From an uncultured cyanobacterium (lineage in GTDB: Bacteria > Cyanobacteriota > Cyanobacteriia > Cyanobacteriales > Nostocaceae): DNA of 64,000 bases. Made by a program: the position numbers and the translations under genes. Of the stretch, positions 39,124 through 49,960 are shown one piece after another. Numbering within the stretch: the first letter of the stretch is position 1; each line of letters opens with the position of its first letter. The DNA lies in contig CAVUDP010000002.1 in the NCBI GenBank assembly GCA_963740315.1, positions 832,001-896,000 on the forward strand, given 5' to 3'. Under the pieces are notes generated by a model, which saw nothing but the letters and a program-made list of their open reading frames with translations, was not told the origin of the DNA and searched no databases.

Positions 39124-40240
39124 ACATCTTTGACTTGCTATCTACTGTTTGAATCCGGTGTAATTGAGACAAAAAATATTGCGCTACTAAAGTTGGTTGT
39201 TCTGCTTGCATGATACTTCGCACTACTGCTACGCGACTTGCTCCAATTTCGATTACATCATTAAGATTTGATGGATCTATTCCACCAATTGCAAACCAGG
39301 GTATTGGACAATTTTTCGCCGCGTAGTTAACATATTGCAAACCAACTGCTGGCTTACCTTCTTTAGTTGGAGTTTCATAAACTGGTCCCACACCAACATA
39401 ATCGGCACCTTCGGTAATTGCTCTTTGCATTTCGTCCGAATTTGTGGTAGAACGACCTATCAGCCTATGAGGACCGAGTAAGTCACGGGCTATAGATATG
39501 GGCATATCTTGTTGTCCCAAATGCACGCCATCGGCATCGGAAGCTAAAGCCAAGTCTATGCGATCGTTGACAAAAAACAGGGCATCATAAGCGTGACATA
39601 GCCCGCAAAGCTTTTTAGCTTGTTCCAAACGAACGGTATCATCAGCTATTTTGTCGCGGTACTGTACCATGCTAAGTCCACCTTTTAAGGCAGCTTCCAC
39701 AGTCTCCAGTAAATTTTCGCTGGCTGATGTGACTAAATACAAACGCGATCGCAAAAGTTGTTGATATCGAGCAAAGCCCATCAAATTACTTTCGAGGGTG
39801 TAAACTCGATAGCGAATTTGCTTAAATGCTTTGCCCATGTCGGTACTATAAAGCTTTCCGTATTCCTCAAGTACTCGTAGGGCTTCTTCTATTCGACAGA
39901 AGTTAGCTTGTAACAACGATTTAATATTTTCGCGTTGTTCTTCTTGAGGATGACTTAATTCCGTTCCCGTATCACCGGGCGTATTCCGCGCCGCCCTTAA
40001 TTCAGAAGTATGCCATTTAGCTACCTCCTGCCGCAAATGCTTGCATTCTCTAGTAAGTTCGCTATTGTTCAAGCCAAAGCGACACCATTCCTCGATAATT
40101 CGCAAACCTTCGCGACTGCGGTCTAAATTTGCGTCTAAAATTCGTAGGACAACTTGCTGTACTTGCTCTTTCTGGCTGTATGGCTCGACCATTACAACAA
40201 CCCCGTTATTGTCTTCATCGTACCAGTCAGCCTGCTTCAT
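39110..40240 (-). CDS. thiE: Thiamine-phosphate synthase (cyanobacterial long form)
   Basis: RILDANLDRSREGLR N-domain, VNDR, DGVHLGQQD, GPVYETPTK, FAIGGI. Confidence 0.96.
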   Translation of the reverse strand: MKQADWYDEDNNGVVVMVEPYSQKEQVQQVVLRILDANLDRSREGLRIIEEWCRFGLNNSELTRECKHLRQEVAKWHTSELRAARNTPGDTGTELSHPQEEQRENIKSLLQANFCRIEEALRVLEEYGKLYSTDMGKAFKQIRYRVYTLESNLMGFARYQQLLRSRLYLVTSASENLLETVEAALKGGLSMVQYRDKIADDTVRLEQAKKLCGLCHAYDALFFVNDRIDLALASDADGVHLGQQDMPISIARDLLGPHRLIGRSTTNSDEMQRAITEGADYVGVGPVYETPTKEGKPAVGLQYVNYAAKNCPIPWFAIGGIDPSNLNDVIEIGASRVAVVRSIMQAEQPTLVAQYFLSQLHRIQTVDSKSKMYERS

Positions 40241-40595
40241 GTTTTTAATTTTGCGATCGTCATTGATTTTTTTCCAAATTGCTTTGTATTAAAAATAGCT
40301 ACTGGCAGCGTAAAATTTTGAATTCTAGATTTGTGATTCCAGATTAGCCTTTGGGATTGGTTCCATAGTTAAATATAGTTTCTAGTATCATAAGATACTT
40401 TTAAACCTAAAATCTAAAATTTAAAAATTACTAAGTCAATTATCTGACTAAAATTTTCAATATCGTCGAATAGGATGGTATAAAAATGTCAATACAAGCG
40501 GTCTAACACCCCAATTCATTCCACCCAACTAAGACTTATATTCTTTAAAACAGATTATTAAAGCCTTAAAATCATCTTCCCACCCCAAATCTCCT

Positions 40596-42203
40596 ATGCG
40601 TATATCTTCTAAATCTTCTGTTTTATTTATAACTGTAAGTTTCACTTCGATAACTGCGGCATTGTTCGGCGTAGGCTCAAATATTGCCATTGCTCAAATG
40701 TCGCCCATATCAGAGGGTGAAACTAAGAGTGAAAACTCAATTTCTCAGGTTAATGTACTGTTTGTCAACCCAAATGTCGGAAATGACACCCAGGCAAACA
40801 ATAGCGAAAGCACTCCGTTAAAAACAATTACTCAAGCGTTGCAAGTTGCCAAAGGAAATACTGTAATTAGACTTGCAAACGGTACTTACAGCGCTCAAAC
40901 GGGAGAACAATTTCCCTTAATCGTCAAAGGTGGTGTTTCTATTCAAGGGGATATTAATACTCAAGGCAAAGGCATTCTCATTCAGGGTGGCGGTGAATAT
41001 CTCAGTCGCTACTACGGCAGTAAAAACATTGCGATCGTTGCCACTGGTAAGGCAAAATTAGCTGGCGTGACGGTAACTAATCCCAACCCTCGCGGTTACG
41101 GTATGTGGATTGAATTAAGCCAGCCAATAGTCGAAAATAACACCTTTACTGGCTCTACCCAAGATGGAATTGCAGTCACGGGTAAAGCCGCGCCTAAAAT
41201 TCGCAACAATCATTTTCACAGCAACGGTGCAAATGGGATTACAGTTTCAGGAAAATCTCAACCTGAAATCACAGAAAATACCTTTGAAAATACGGGCTTT
41301 GGGATCAATATTGCCCAAAATGCCTCTCCTCAAATAATTAGTAACAAAATTTCACAAAACAGAACCGGCATTGTAGTTCAAGCTGAATCTAGCCCCCTTT
41401 TACGAAATAATTCTATCTTCAACAACTTTGAAGACGGCTTAGTAGTAATAGCTGCTTCAATACCGGATTTAGGTAATGCATCCAATCCCGGCGGCAATCA
41501 ATTTAGTTCTAACGGGCGCTATGACATCAACGCCGAAGCTGCTACCCAAGAAGTTTCCGCTTACGGCAATACGATCGCTCGCGATCGCATTGCCGGAAAA
41601 GTAAACGTTACTGCAACAGCCGCGCCGGTAAAAGCCACATCCCAACCCAGACGCACGCCAACATTACTCCAAGCAACAGCACGCCGCAATACCGTTTCCC
41701 AAAAACAGCCGTTACCAACACCCAGCACAAATAACGAACAGCAATTAAATTACGTGCAAGTGCAGCCAGATACAATCGAATTCACCGCACCCCAAATCGC
41801 TCAACCTCCGGCAGATACACCCTCATCATTACCAACACTACAACCCGCCCCTGTAGGTGAATCAGCCCTTTTACCCGTACCCGCAGCCAAACTTCCCCCA
41901 AGTCAAAATAGCAGCATAAATATGCCACCACCAGGGATTTCAGCAAATTCCCCAACCTTAAGAAATCCACCTCAAACAACCGCTAGAACAACACAAACTT
42001 CACGTTACCGCGTAATAGTAGAAGCAGTAACACCAAGACAGCAAGAACTAGTAAAATTCATCGTACCCGACGCATTCCGCACCAGCAGACAAGGAAAAAG
42101 AGTCATGCAAGCAGGAATATTTACCAACCGCAATAAAGCCAACAACTTAGTACAGCAATTCAAAAACAACGGATTGAAAGCCAAAATTGAAGCGATGAAG
42201 TAA
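40596..42203 (+). CDS. DUF1565 beta-helix protein with C-terminal SPOR-like domain
   Basis: LFVNPNVGND...PLKTITQAL...GEQFPL; parallel beta-helix repeats; YRVIV...MQAGIF. Confidence 0.82.
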   Translation: MRISSKSSVLFITVSFTSITAALFGVGSNIAIAQMSPISEGETKSENSISQVNVLFVNPNVGNDTQANNSESTPLKTITQALQVAKGNTVIRLANGTYSAQTGEQFPLIVKGGVSIQGDINTQGKGILIQGGGEYLSRYYGSKNIAIVATGKAKLAGVTVTNPNPRGYGMWIELSQPIVENNTFTGSTQDGIAVTGKAAPKIRNNHFHSNGANGITVSGKSQPEITENTFENTGFGINIAQNASPQIISNKISQNRTGIVVQAESSPLLRNNSIFNNFEDGLVVIAASIPDLGNASNPGGNQFSSNGRYDINAEAATQEVSAYGNTIARDRIAGKVNVTATAAPVKATSQPRRTPTLLQATARRNTVSQKQPLPTPSTNNEQQLNYVQVQPDTIEFTAPQIAQPPADTPSSLPTLQPAPVGESALLPVPAAKLPPSQNSSINMPPPGISANSPTLRNPPQTTARTTQTSRYRVIVEAVTPRQQELVKFIVPDAFRTSRQGKRVMQAGIFTNRNKANNLVQQFKNNGLKAKIEAMK

Positions 42204-42221
42204 TTATAAGGTTAAAGGTGA

Positions 42222-42510
42222 GGAGTAGGGAGTAGGGAGTAGGGAGTAGGGAGTAGGGAGTAGGGAGTAGGGAGTAGGGAGTAGGGAGTTAGGAGTAGGG
42301 AGTTAGGAGTAGGGAGTTAGGAGTAGGGAGTTAGGAGTAGGGAGTAGGGAGTAGGGAGTAGGGAGTAGGGAGTTAGGAGTAGGGAGTTAGGAGTTGGGAG
42401 TTAGGAGTTAGGAGTTGGGAGTTAGGAGTTAGGAGTTAGGAGTTAGGAGTAGGGAGTTGGGAGTTAGGAGTTAGGAGTTAGGAGTTAGGAGTTGGGAGTT
42501 GGGAGTTAGG
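42222..42510. repeat. Long heptamer STRR tract (GGGAGTA/GGAGTTA, about 40 units)
   Basis: Direct reading of tandem 7-mers. Confidence 0.95.
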
Positions 42511-42683
42511 AATGAGGAATTTTGGATTTTAGCAACGGATGCGGTTGTTTTAGCTTTTGGATTAGGTAGAAGTTAGGAGTGCGAGCGTCTCGCTCGCTCG
42601 CTCGCTATCTAACTACCCCCTCTCCCCCCTCTCCCCCCTCTACCCCATCTCCCCATCTCCCCATCTCCCCATCTCCCCATCTC

Positions 42684-43514
42684 CTATTCCTTAACAATGC
42701 CTTTCAATTTCGAGGTAAATGTTTCTGTGGAATCGCTTTTCTCTGGGGTGAATTGTTCGATGGGTGGATGATTTCTGGCTGGGGGAAGAAGCTTGGCTAA
42801 AGTTTTGCTTGAAGGTTTTTCTGGTTCAGATTCTTCTAAGGTAAATTCGGATTCTTTCTCAATATGCCTCGTTTCTATCAAGGTTCGCGATGTTGTGCGT
42901 TGAGCGGTTGATGCCTGGTTTGATGTCGTAAAAACCATACTAGTTGAGGCTGAAAGTGCTTTTGTGGCATTTCGGGGAGTGGAGTTTTCTTCGGTTTGGG
43001 CACTTGCTAATTCTGCTATATGGTTATTACTTTCGGGAGGCGTTTCTATGGCTTGTTGGTTATTTGCTTGATATGAGGTATTTAATGTCCGCGATGATTG
43101 ATAATTCCTCATTACGTCCTTGATGGTACGATGATTGCTTACGCTCGGTAATGCTGGTCGCAATGGTGGCAAGCTGTTCCATCTCAAATCTTCCGGTAAC
43201 TTGTTGCAAATTAAGCGCTCAAATTCCATGTTGAAATGGTAGCCGGGATGATTTCTTCTCAACCAAAGAGTTAATATTTGCTGCACCGAAACTGCTTTAT
43301 AACGTCCTTGATACAGTGCCTCAGTTATTGCCAAATGCACCCAATTCGACGGGTATTGGTTTTCCCAACGCTTTACTAACTCGCTGGCACTATACCCACC
43401 GAGGTCAAAACTGTAATGTGTTAATAAGGATACTGCCAAGCTGTTAGTCACATCCGAGGTTTGGGTGAACATGGGCTGAAAACTCGAGGTGATGGGCATA
43501 TATTCTGCTACCAT
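42684..43514 (-). CDS. Conserved cyanobacterial hypothetical protein
   Basis: LLTHYSFDLGG...EALYQGRYKAVSVQQIL..W; C-terminal HPPIEQFTP. Confidence 0.8.
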   Translation of the reverse strand: MVAEYMPITSSFQPMFTQTSDVTNSLAVSLLTHYSFDLGGYSASELVKRWENQYPSNWVHLAITEALYQGRYKAVSVQQILTLWLRRNHPGYHFNMEFERLICNKLPEDLRWNSLPPLRPALPSVSNHRTIKDVMRNYQSSRTLNTSYQANNQQAIETPPESNNHIAELASAQTEENSTPRNATKALSASTSMVFTTSNQASTAQRTTSRTLIETRHIEKESEFTLEESEPEKPSSKTLAKLLPPARNHPPIEQFTPEKSDSTETFTSKLKGIVKE

Positions 43515-43675
43515 CTTTAAAAAAATTAAAGTACCTTTTGATACGTTGTAATGTTCCCAAGTATTTTAAATCTAATTGGGTAACTTCCTTATGAAGATGC
43601 AGCTAATAACAAATAATAAAACCTACTAAGGTGCGGCTAATGACGAATGAGTATATTTTACTTATCAATTGCCGC

Positions 43676-45757
43676 TTAGGGAAAAATTATATAAGGTGAG
43701 TTTATAGGAGGCGTGCGCTTTATGGCTACCAGTGCTTGATAAACCATTGCTGCTACTTCAGCTCGCGTTGCTTCCCGCTTTGGTTCAATTTTCTTGGGGT
43801 CTGGATAATTTACCACAATTCTCTGTTGTGTCGCAGTTGCAACTGCCGATCGCGCATATTTAGGAAGGGTTTGACTATCTGTAAAGTTTTGTAACGCATC
43901 ACCGTGAGCTGCTGTTAATCCAAGCCCGTTGACTAGAGATACAATCACTTGTAGGCGCCCGACGTTTTCGTGGGGACGAAAGGTACCATCGCTAAATCCT
44001 CCGACAAAACCGCCGCTCGCTGCTGCTGCGATCGCTCTATAAGTCCATGAATTGGCTGGGATGTCGAAAAAATTAACTCTCGATAGTTTGGGTGTGGGAT
44101 TAAAAGCTTTAACGACTAAGGCGGCGTATTGAGCGCGATTCATCGGTATATCCGGTTGATATGTACCGTCAGCGAAGCCACGAGTTAAATCTAGGCTAAC
44201 TAAAGTCCGGATAAATGGTTCCGCCCAATGTCCGGTTAAGTCGGTAAAGGAAGGCATAATATCTACATCGGGTTTAACAATGTAGGGAGAAGCAATCGGT
44301 TTTTGCCTGCCCAGGGCTACCAAAGCTTGATAAATTAATGCCACTACTTCAGCGCGGCTAATATCCCGTAAGGGTTCTAGTTGCTCGGTTTGCGGGTAAT
44401 TAACTACTAATAATTTTTGAGTCGCGATCGCGATTGCATTGGTAGCGTAACTGGGAACTTGAACGCGATCGCCATACATTGTCAAAATGTTGGGATTGCC
44501 GCCTTTGAGTTTCAAGCCGCTAACAATTGAGACTATGGCTTGAATTTTAGTTAAATTTTGTCCCGGACGAAACGAACCATCGGGAAAGCCGCTGATAAAG
44601 CCCATCCCAGCACCGCGATAAATGGCTGAAGCTGCCCAAAATTTTGCTTGAACGTCCGTAAATTTTCTGGGTTTATTTTTTAAAGCGAGTTGAAAAGTTT
44701 TGGAAATTACCGCCGCATACTGAGCGCGAGTAATTGGCGCGGATGGGGCAAACGTACCGTCGGGAAACCCGCTAATTAATCCTTTTTCATATATTGCTTC
44801 GATAAAAGATGCCGCCCAATGTCCGTTTAAATCAGGAAAACTACTATTAACCGATAGCTCGCGCTTGTCGGTAGTGGTAGCAACAAAGTCTACCAAACCT
44901 TTTACTAAAGTCGGATTTAATAAATTACCCGCCGATACTAATTTAATTGAGGTAGCATTTTGTACGTCGTATTCATGATTGTCGCGAAAAATGTTACCAG
45001 CAGGATCTTGAGAACTACCTAAATCGGGAGTTGAATCACCGTTGAGCAGCAAACCACCAGAAGAATTATCGGCAATCAGATTATATCTAAGTACGGGGCG
45101 TGCTTCTCGCGACAAAGCCATTGCCGTGCGGTTTTCTAATAATTTATTGTTAGCTATCAAAGGCGCGGCAAAATCGCTAATGGCAATACCGATAGGATTT
45201 TTTTGCATGACATTTCGCAATATTTCGCCTTTGGAATTGCGTGCCATTACCAGCCCAGCGGAACCATTTTGGAGAAAAACATTATCTAAAATTGCCGGTT
45301 TGGCATTACCGCTGATAAATATTCCTTCCCGGCGGCATTTGATAAAAGTATTATTAGCAACAGTAGGCGAAGTCGAGTCAATCCAAATACCCGTCCCCTT
45401 ATTAACTGGATTGGTAACGGTAACACCCATTAACTGGGCATCATCAGCCATCACCAGCGTAATATTTTGTAAGCCAAAGCTTTTAGTTTGATAGTCACCG
45501 CTTCCTTCAATTACAATACCTTGACCTTTAGTTGCTTCATTACCCACCACCCAGACACCACTAGGAATAATTAGTGGAAAGACTTCATCATTGGCACTCT
45601 GATAAATTCCAGAAGCTAATTGAACAATTGCAGGTGGACGAAGGTCATTTAAGGCATAAGTAAGACTTTTAAAAGGAGACAACCTCGAACCATTATTGTT
45701 ATCGCTACCAGTAACCGGGTTGACATAAACTGTGGTAGCTAAAGTTGAATTTACCAT
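43676..45757 (-). CDS. DUF1565 beta-helix protein with S-layer homology domains
   Basis: YVNPVTGSD; two SLH blocks (FPDLNGHWA, GFPDGTFAP; FTDLTGHWA, GFSDGTFRP). Confidence 0.88.
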   Translation of the reverse strand: MVNSTLATTVYVNPVTGSDNNNGSRLSPFKSLTYALNDLRPPAIVQLASGIYQSANDEVFPLIIPSGVWVVGNEATKGQGIVIEGSGDYQTKSFGLQNITLVMADDAQLMGVTVTNPVNKGTGIWIDSTSPTVANNTFIKCRREGIFISGNAKPAILDNVFLQNGSAGLVMARNSKGEILRNVMQKNPIGIAISDFAAPLIANNKLLENRTAMALSREARPVLRYNLIADNSSGGLLLNGDSTPDLGSSQDPAGNIFRDNHEYDVQNATSIKLVSAGNLLNPTLVKGLVDFVATTTDKRELSVNSSFPDLNGHWAASFIEAIYEKGLISGFPDGTFAPSAPITRAQYAAVISKTFQLALKNKPRKFTDVQAKFWAASAIYRGAGMGFISGFPDGSFRPGQNLTKIQAIVSIVSGLKLKGGNPNILTMYGDRVQVPSYATNAIAIATQKLLVVNYPQTEQLEPLRDISRAEVVALIYQALVALGRQKPIASPYIVKPDVDIMPSFTDLTGHWAEPFIRTLVSLDLTRGFADGTYQPDIPMNRAQYAALVVKAFNPTPKLSRVNFFDIPANSWTYRAIAAAASGGFVGGFSDGTFRPHENVGRLQVIVSLVNGLGLTAAHGDALQNFTDSQTLPKYARSAVATATQQRIVVNYPDPKKIEPKREATRAEVAAMVYQALVAIKRTPPINSPYIIFP

Positions 45758-46086
45758 TGTTTATAAAAAAGGGAATTGGGCATTGGGCATTGGGCTACCT
45801 CCCACCTACGGTGAATGGGGATGGGGGATTGGGAATTGGGGATTGGGGATTGAAAATAAAAATATTTAAATATCCTATAATCTAATTTTTTTCTGTGTTG
45901 TATGTAACTATCTATTAAATAGTATTTTTGGAGTAACAAAAACGGCTAGTAAGGTTAAAGGTCTGCATGTTAAAGGTCTGCATGTTAAATATCACTCCCA
46001 ACTCCTAATTTTTCCTATGCCCAATGCCCCATGCCCCATGCCCAATAGTATTAAGATAAATTTGTCGTATTATCGGACGCATATAA

Positions 46087-47085
46087 ATGATTGAAGTTGA
46101 ACATCTGAATAAAGTATACGGTTCTACCTCGGCGATCGAGGATGTAACTTTTAATGTTGAGGAAGGAGAGATCCTGGGATTTTTGGGACCTAACGGTGCT
46201 GGAAAAACCACTACCATGAGGATTTTGACTGGTTATCTTCCGGCTACGAGCGGTACGGCGCGGATTGCTGGTTTGGATGTCCACGAACATTCTTTGGCTG
46301 TAAGGCAGAGAATCGGCTATTTACCGGAGAATCCGCCACTATATCCGGAAATGTCGGTACAAGGTTTTTTGTTTTTTGTCGCACGTATTAAGGGGGTTAG
46401 TGCTGGCGATCGCAAAGCTAAAGTTACAGCAGCGATGGAACGCTGTAATTTAACAGAAAAACGTCATGTATTAATTCGCAAACTTTCTAAAGGATACCGT
46501 CAAAGAGTTGGTATTGCTCAAGCAATTGTCCACGATCCACCAGCGATAATTCTGGACGAACCCACCGTGGGATTAGATCCTCGACAAATCATAGATGTAC
46601 GAAATTTAATCAAAAGTCTTGCTGGTAGTCATACAATTATTATTTCTACGCATATTTTGCCAGAAGTCAGCATGACCTGTAACCGCGTTGCAATTATTAA
46701 TGGCGGTAAAGTGGTAGCAACTAATACCCTAGATAATTTAATGAGTGAATTAACTGGCGGTTCTGGCTATGAATTAGAGGTTGAAGGGGAAGTTGCTTTA
46801 GCAAAACAAATGTTGCAGAATTTACCCGATGTCGATCTGGTAGAATCAGTTCCGATGTTAGGAAGAGATGGTAAAAATCAACTCGAACAAAACCGCGTCA
46901 GAATCCGGGTAGTATCGCAACCGGGAACCGAACCAGGAAACGCGATCGCTTACTCTTTGTACCAAGCGGGATTTGGTTTGCACGAAATGCGGCGAATTAA
47001 CGCTACATTAGAAGACGTATTTTTACAGTTGACTCGCGAAGAAAAAACTTTAGAAACCCAGACAGAAGACGAGGAAGTAAATTAA
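46087..47085 (+). CDS. ABC transporter ATP-binding protein (GldA-like)
   Basis: GPNGAGKTT, LSKGYRQRVG, LDEPTVGLDP. Confidence 0.93.
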   Translation: MIEVEHLNKVYGSTSAIEDVTFNVEEGEILGFLGPNGAGKTTTMRILTGYLPATSGTARIAGLDVHEHSLAVRQRIGYLPENPPLYPEMSVQGFLFFVARIKGVSAGDRKAKVTAAMERCNLTEKRHVLIRKLSKGYRQRVGIAQAIVHDPPAIILDEPTVGLDPRQIIDVRNLIKSLAGSHTIIISTHILPEVSMTCNRVAIINGGKVVATNTLDNLMSELTGGSGYELEVEGEVALAKQMLQNLPDVDLVESVPMLGRDGKNQLEQNRVRIRVVSQPGTEPGNAIAYSLYQAGFGLHEMRRINATLEDVFLQLTREEKTLETQTEDEEVN

Positions 47086-47099
47086 GGAGTTGCGGCTTA

Positions 47100-47912
47100 A
47101 TGGGTATAGTACTAAGTAATATAATTGCTATTTATCGTCGGGAACTGCAAACCTATTTTGTATCGCCTTTAGCTTATGCGATCGCCGGTATTTTTTGGTT
47201 TTTAGCTGGATTATTTTTTGTCTTAATTTTGCTCGGTCCCGATGGAATTTTAGCAGCAGTTGCAAGCTATGAGTCGCAGGCACAAAGATTGGGAGTACCA
47301 ATACCCGCGATCGACGTTCCCTACGAATTTATCAAAGCATTTTTAGATCGGATGGGATGGCTTTTACTATTTATATTGCCGATTCTTTCGATGGGACTTT
47401 ATGCCGAAGAAAGAAAACGCGGAACTTTGGAACTGTTAGCCACATCTCCTATTACTAACTGGGCTGTAGCTGTAGGAAAACTATTAGGTGTTTTAACGTT
47501 TTTTATAACATTAATTTTACCGTTGATGGTATTAGAAGCGGTAGTTTTGAGCGCATCAGAACCAGCAGCCGTCGTGACAATTCCCCTACTAGGTCATTTA
47601 GGATTAATCTTGCTTGCAGCATCAATATTATCCTTGGGAATGTTTATTTCATCCTTAACAAACAGCACAATATTATCTGCCGTTCTAACATTTGCAGTAA
47701 TTTTAATGTTGTTATTTATAGATTTAGTAGCCAAAGCGATCGGCGGTTCTATAGGAGCAACTTTAGGTCATTTTTCTTTATTACAACATTACAACAACAT
47801 GATACAAGGGATATTTGACACTAGTAGTTTGATATTATTTGGCAGCTACATTATTTTAGGTATTTTTCTCACCGCGCAATCGATTGATGCATTTCGTTTT
47901 CAAAGGAATTAA
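47100..47912 (+). CDS. ABC-2 permease (GldF-like)
   Basis: Multi-TM, AEERKRGTLELL.T.P. Confidence 0.9.
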   Translation: MGIVLSNIIAIYRRELQTYFVSPLAYAIAGIFWFLAGLFFVLILLGPDGILAAVASYESQAQRLGVPIPAIDVPYEFIKAFLDRMGWLLLFILPILSMGLYAEERKRGTLELLATSPITNWAVAVGKLLGVLTFFITLILPLMVLEAVVLSASEPAAVVTIPLLGHLGLILLAASILSLGMFISSLTNSTILSAVLTFAVILMLLFIDLVAKAIGGSIGATLGHFSLLQHYNNMIQGIFDTSSLILFGSYIILGIFLTAQSIDAFRFQRN

Positions 47913-48100
47913 GAATTGGTTGTTAGTTGTTAGTTGTTAGTTGTTAGTTGCTAGTTGCAGGGGAGATAATTCGTAATTTATTCTAAACTTCCACAAAATC
48001 TAAAATTTTTTAACTCCTAACTCCTAACCCCTAACTCCTAACTCCTAACTCCTGACTGCTAACTGTTCACTGTTCACTGTTCACTGTTCACTGTTTACTG

Positions 48101-49741
48101 ATGAAGTATTTGATTTGGTTGGCACCGTTTTTGATAACTGCGGGTTTGACGGTGGGTTTTGTTTCAGAAGATTGGGGAACGATTCCGCTGATATTAATAA
48201 TATTAGGATTAGTGATTGCTGTAATGTGGCTGTTATGGCAAAGCTATTCTACTAAATGGTGGAGTCGTCGTTCTACTCAAGTTGGTGCTAATGCATTAAT
48301 TGCAACTTTGGCTGTAGTGGCAATTTTGGGATTAATTAATTTCTTGGCTACTCGCTATAATGTCCGTACCGATTTAACTGAAACTAATTTATTTACTCTT
48401 GCTCCTCAAACCCAAGAAGTCGTAGAAAATTTAGAGCAACCCGCGAAAGTGTGGGTGTTTGATGCCAATAAAAATCCTTTAGATGAGGATTTGTTGGAAA
48501 ATTACGCAAGACAAAGTAAAAATTTCAAGTTTGAATATGTAAATCCTTTAGCCAAACCGAGTTTAACTAATAAATTCGGTGTCAAAGATTATGGTGAAGT
48601 TTATTTAGAATCTGGAAAAAATCAACAATTAGTACAGGTTGTTAATGCACAAGAGCGTCTTTCTGAATCGAGATTAACTAATCGTTTGGCACAAATTTTT
48701 AATCCAAATATATCTAAAGTTTACTTTCTCCAAGGGCACGGGGAACGTCAATTAGAACGCGGACAAGACAATATTTCTCAGGCTGTTCAAGCTTTAGCTG
48801 ATAAGAATTATATCGCCGAGCCTTTGAATTTAACCCAAACTGCTCAAATTCCCTCGGATGCTGATACTGTAATTCTTGCAGGTCCCCAAAGGGCTTTATT
48901 AGACGGTGAAATTCAAGCTTTGCAAAACTATGTCAGTAATGGTGGTAATTTGTTAGTGATGGTTGACCCTGGTGTTGACCCCAAATTAGACACTTTGTTG
49001 CAAGAATGGGGTGTCGGTTTAGATAAACGTTTGGCAATTAATGCTTCAGAAAGCGCTCAACAACAACCTCCCGGTATATCTGTTGTCACCGATTACGGAG
49101 AACATCCGATAACCAAAGAGTTTCAAAATGGTATATCTATATATAAGTTAGCTCGACCAATTGAAACAATTACCGTTAATGGGATTGAAAGTACAACTTT
49201 ATTACGAACTCAACCATTACCCGCGAGTTGGGGTGAAAGCAACTGGGAAAGCGAAGAATTGGAATACAACGAAAATGTGGATATTCCAGGTCCCCTTACT
49301 TTAGGTGTCGCTTTAACAAGAAAAATCGCCGCGCAACCAACACCAACACCAACACCAACACCAACACCAACACCAACTTCCACAGCTACCCCCTCTCCCC
49401 CCTCTCCCACTCCTTCCCCCTCTCCAACTCCTACCCCAACACCAACACCCACAGCTTCAGGAAACAAACCTACAGAATCAAGAATGGTAGTATTCGGGGA
49501 TTCAGATTTTATTACAGATGGTTACTTCTCTCAACAATTAAATGGAGACGTATTTCTCAATTCAATTACCTGGTTGAGCAAACAAGATTCACAACCCCTT
49601 TCAATTCGTCCCAAAGAAGCCAAAAATCGTCGTCTCAACCTCTCTCAAGCACAAGCAAATCTCGTTGCATTATCTTCTGTATTAGTTTTACCCATACTTG
49701 CTTTTGCAGCAGCAGCACTTCTTTGGTTTCAAAGACGGTGA
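48101..49741 (+). CDS. GldG-family ABC auxiliary protein
   Basis: DLTE.NLFTL, YFLQGHGE, ILAGP, VVFGDSDF; Pro-Thr linker. Confidence 0.88.
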   Translation: MKYLIWLAPFLITAGLTVGFVSEDWGTIPLILIILGLVIAVMWLLWQSYSTKWWSRRSTQVGANALIATLAVVAILGLINFLATRYNVRTDLTETNLFTLAPQTQEVVENLEQPAKVWVFDANKNPLDEDLLENYARQSKNFKFEYVNPLAKPSLTNKFGVKDYGEVYLESGKNQQLVQVVNAQERLSESRLTNRLAQIFNPNISKVYFLQGHGERQLERGQDNISQAVQALADKNYIAEPLNLTQTAQIPSDADTVILAGPQRALLDGEIQALQNYVSNGGNLLVMVDPGVDPKLDTLLQEWGVGLDKRLAINASESAQQQPPGISVVTDYGEHPITKEFQNGISIYKLARPIETITVNGIESTTLLRTQPLPASWGESNWESEELEYNENVDIPGPLTLGVALTRKIAAQPTPTPTPTPTPTPTSTATPSPPSPTPSPSPTPTPTPTPTASGNKPTESRMVVFGDSDFITDGYFSQQLNGDVFLNSITWLSKQDSQPLSIRPKEAKNRRLNLSQAQANLVALSSVLVLPILAFAAAALLWFQRR

Positions 49742-49960
49742 AAATCAGTTAACAGTTAACAGTGAGCAGTTAACAGTGAGCAGTTAACAGTGAGCAGTTA
49801 ACAGTGAGCAGTTAACAGTTAATAATTGATGAACTACAACTAACAACTAACAACTATCAACTATCAACTAACAACTAACAACTATCAACTATCAACTATC
49901 AACTAACAACTATCAACTATCAACTAACAACTAACAACTAACAACTATCAATTGATTTTC

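Noticed and set aside
40241..40595. TPP riboswitch upstream of thiE
   Set aside because: I could not find the conserved CTGAGA and ACCTG core motifs by eye; an Rfam scan would settle it.
49335..49455. Pro-Thr repeats in GldG and the DUF4340 tail (50680-50790) as mobile DNA
   Set aside because: Ordinary low-complexity linkers produced by codon-level slippage.
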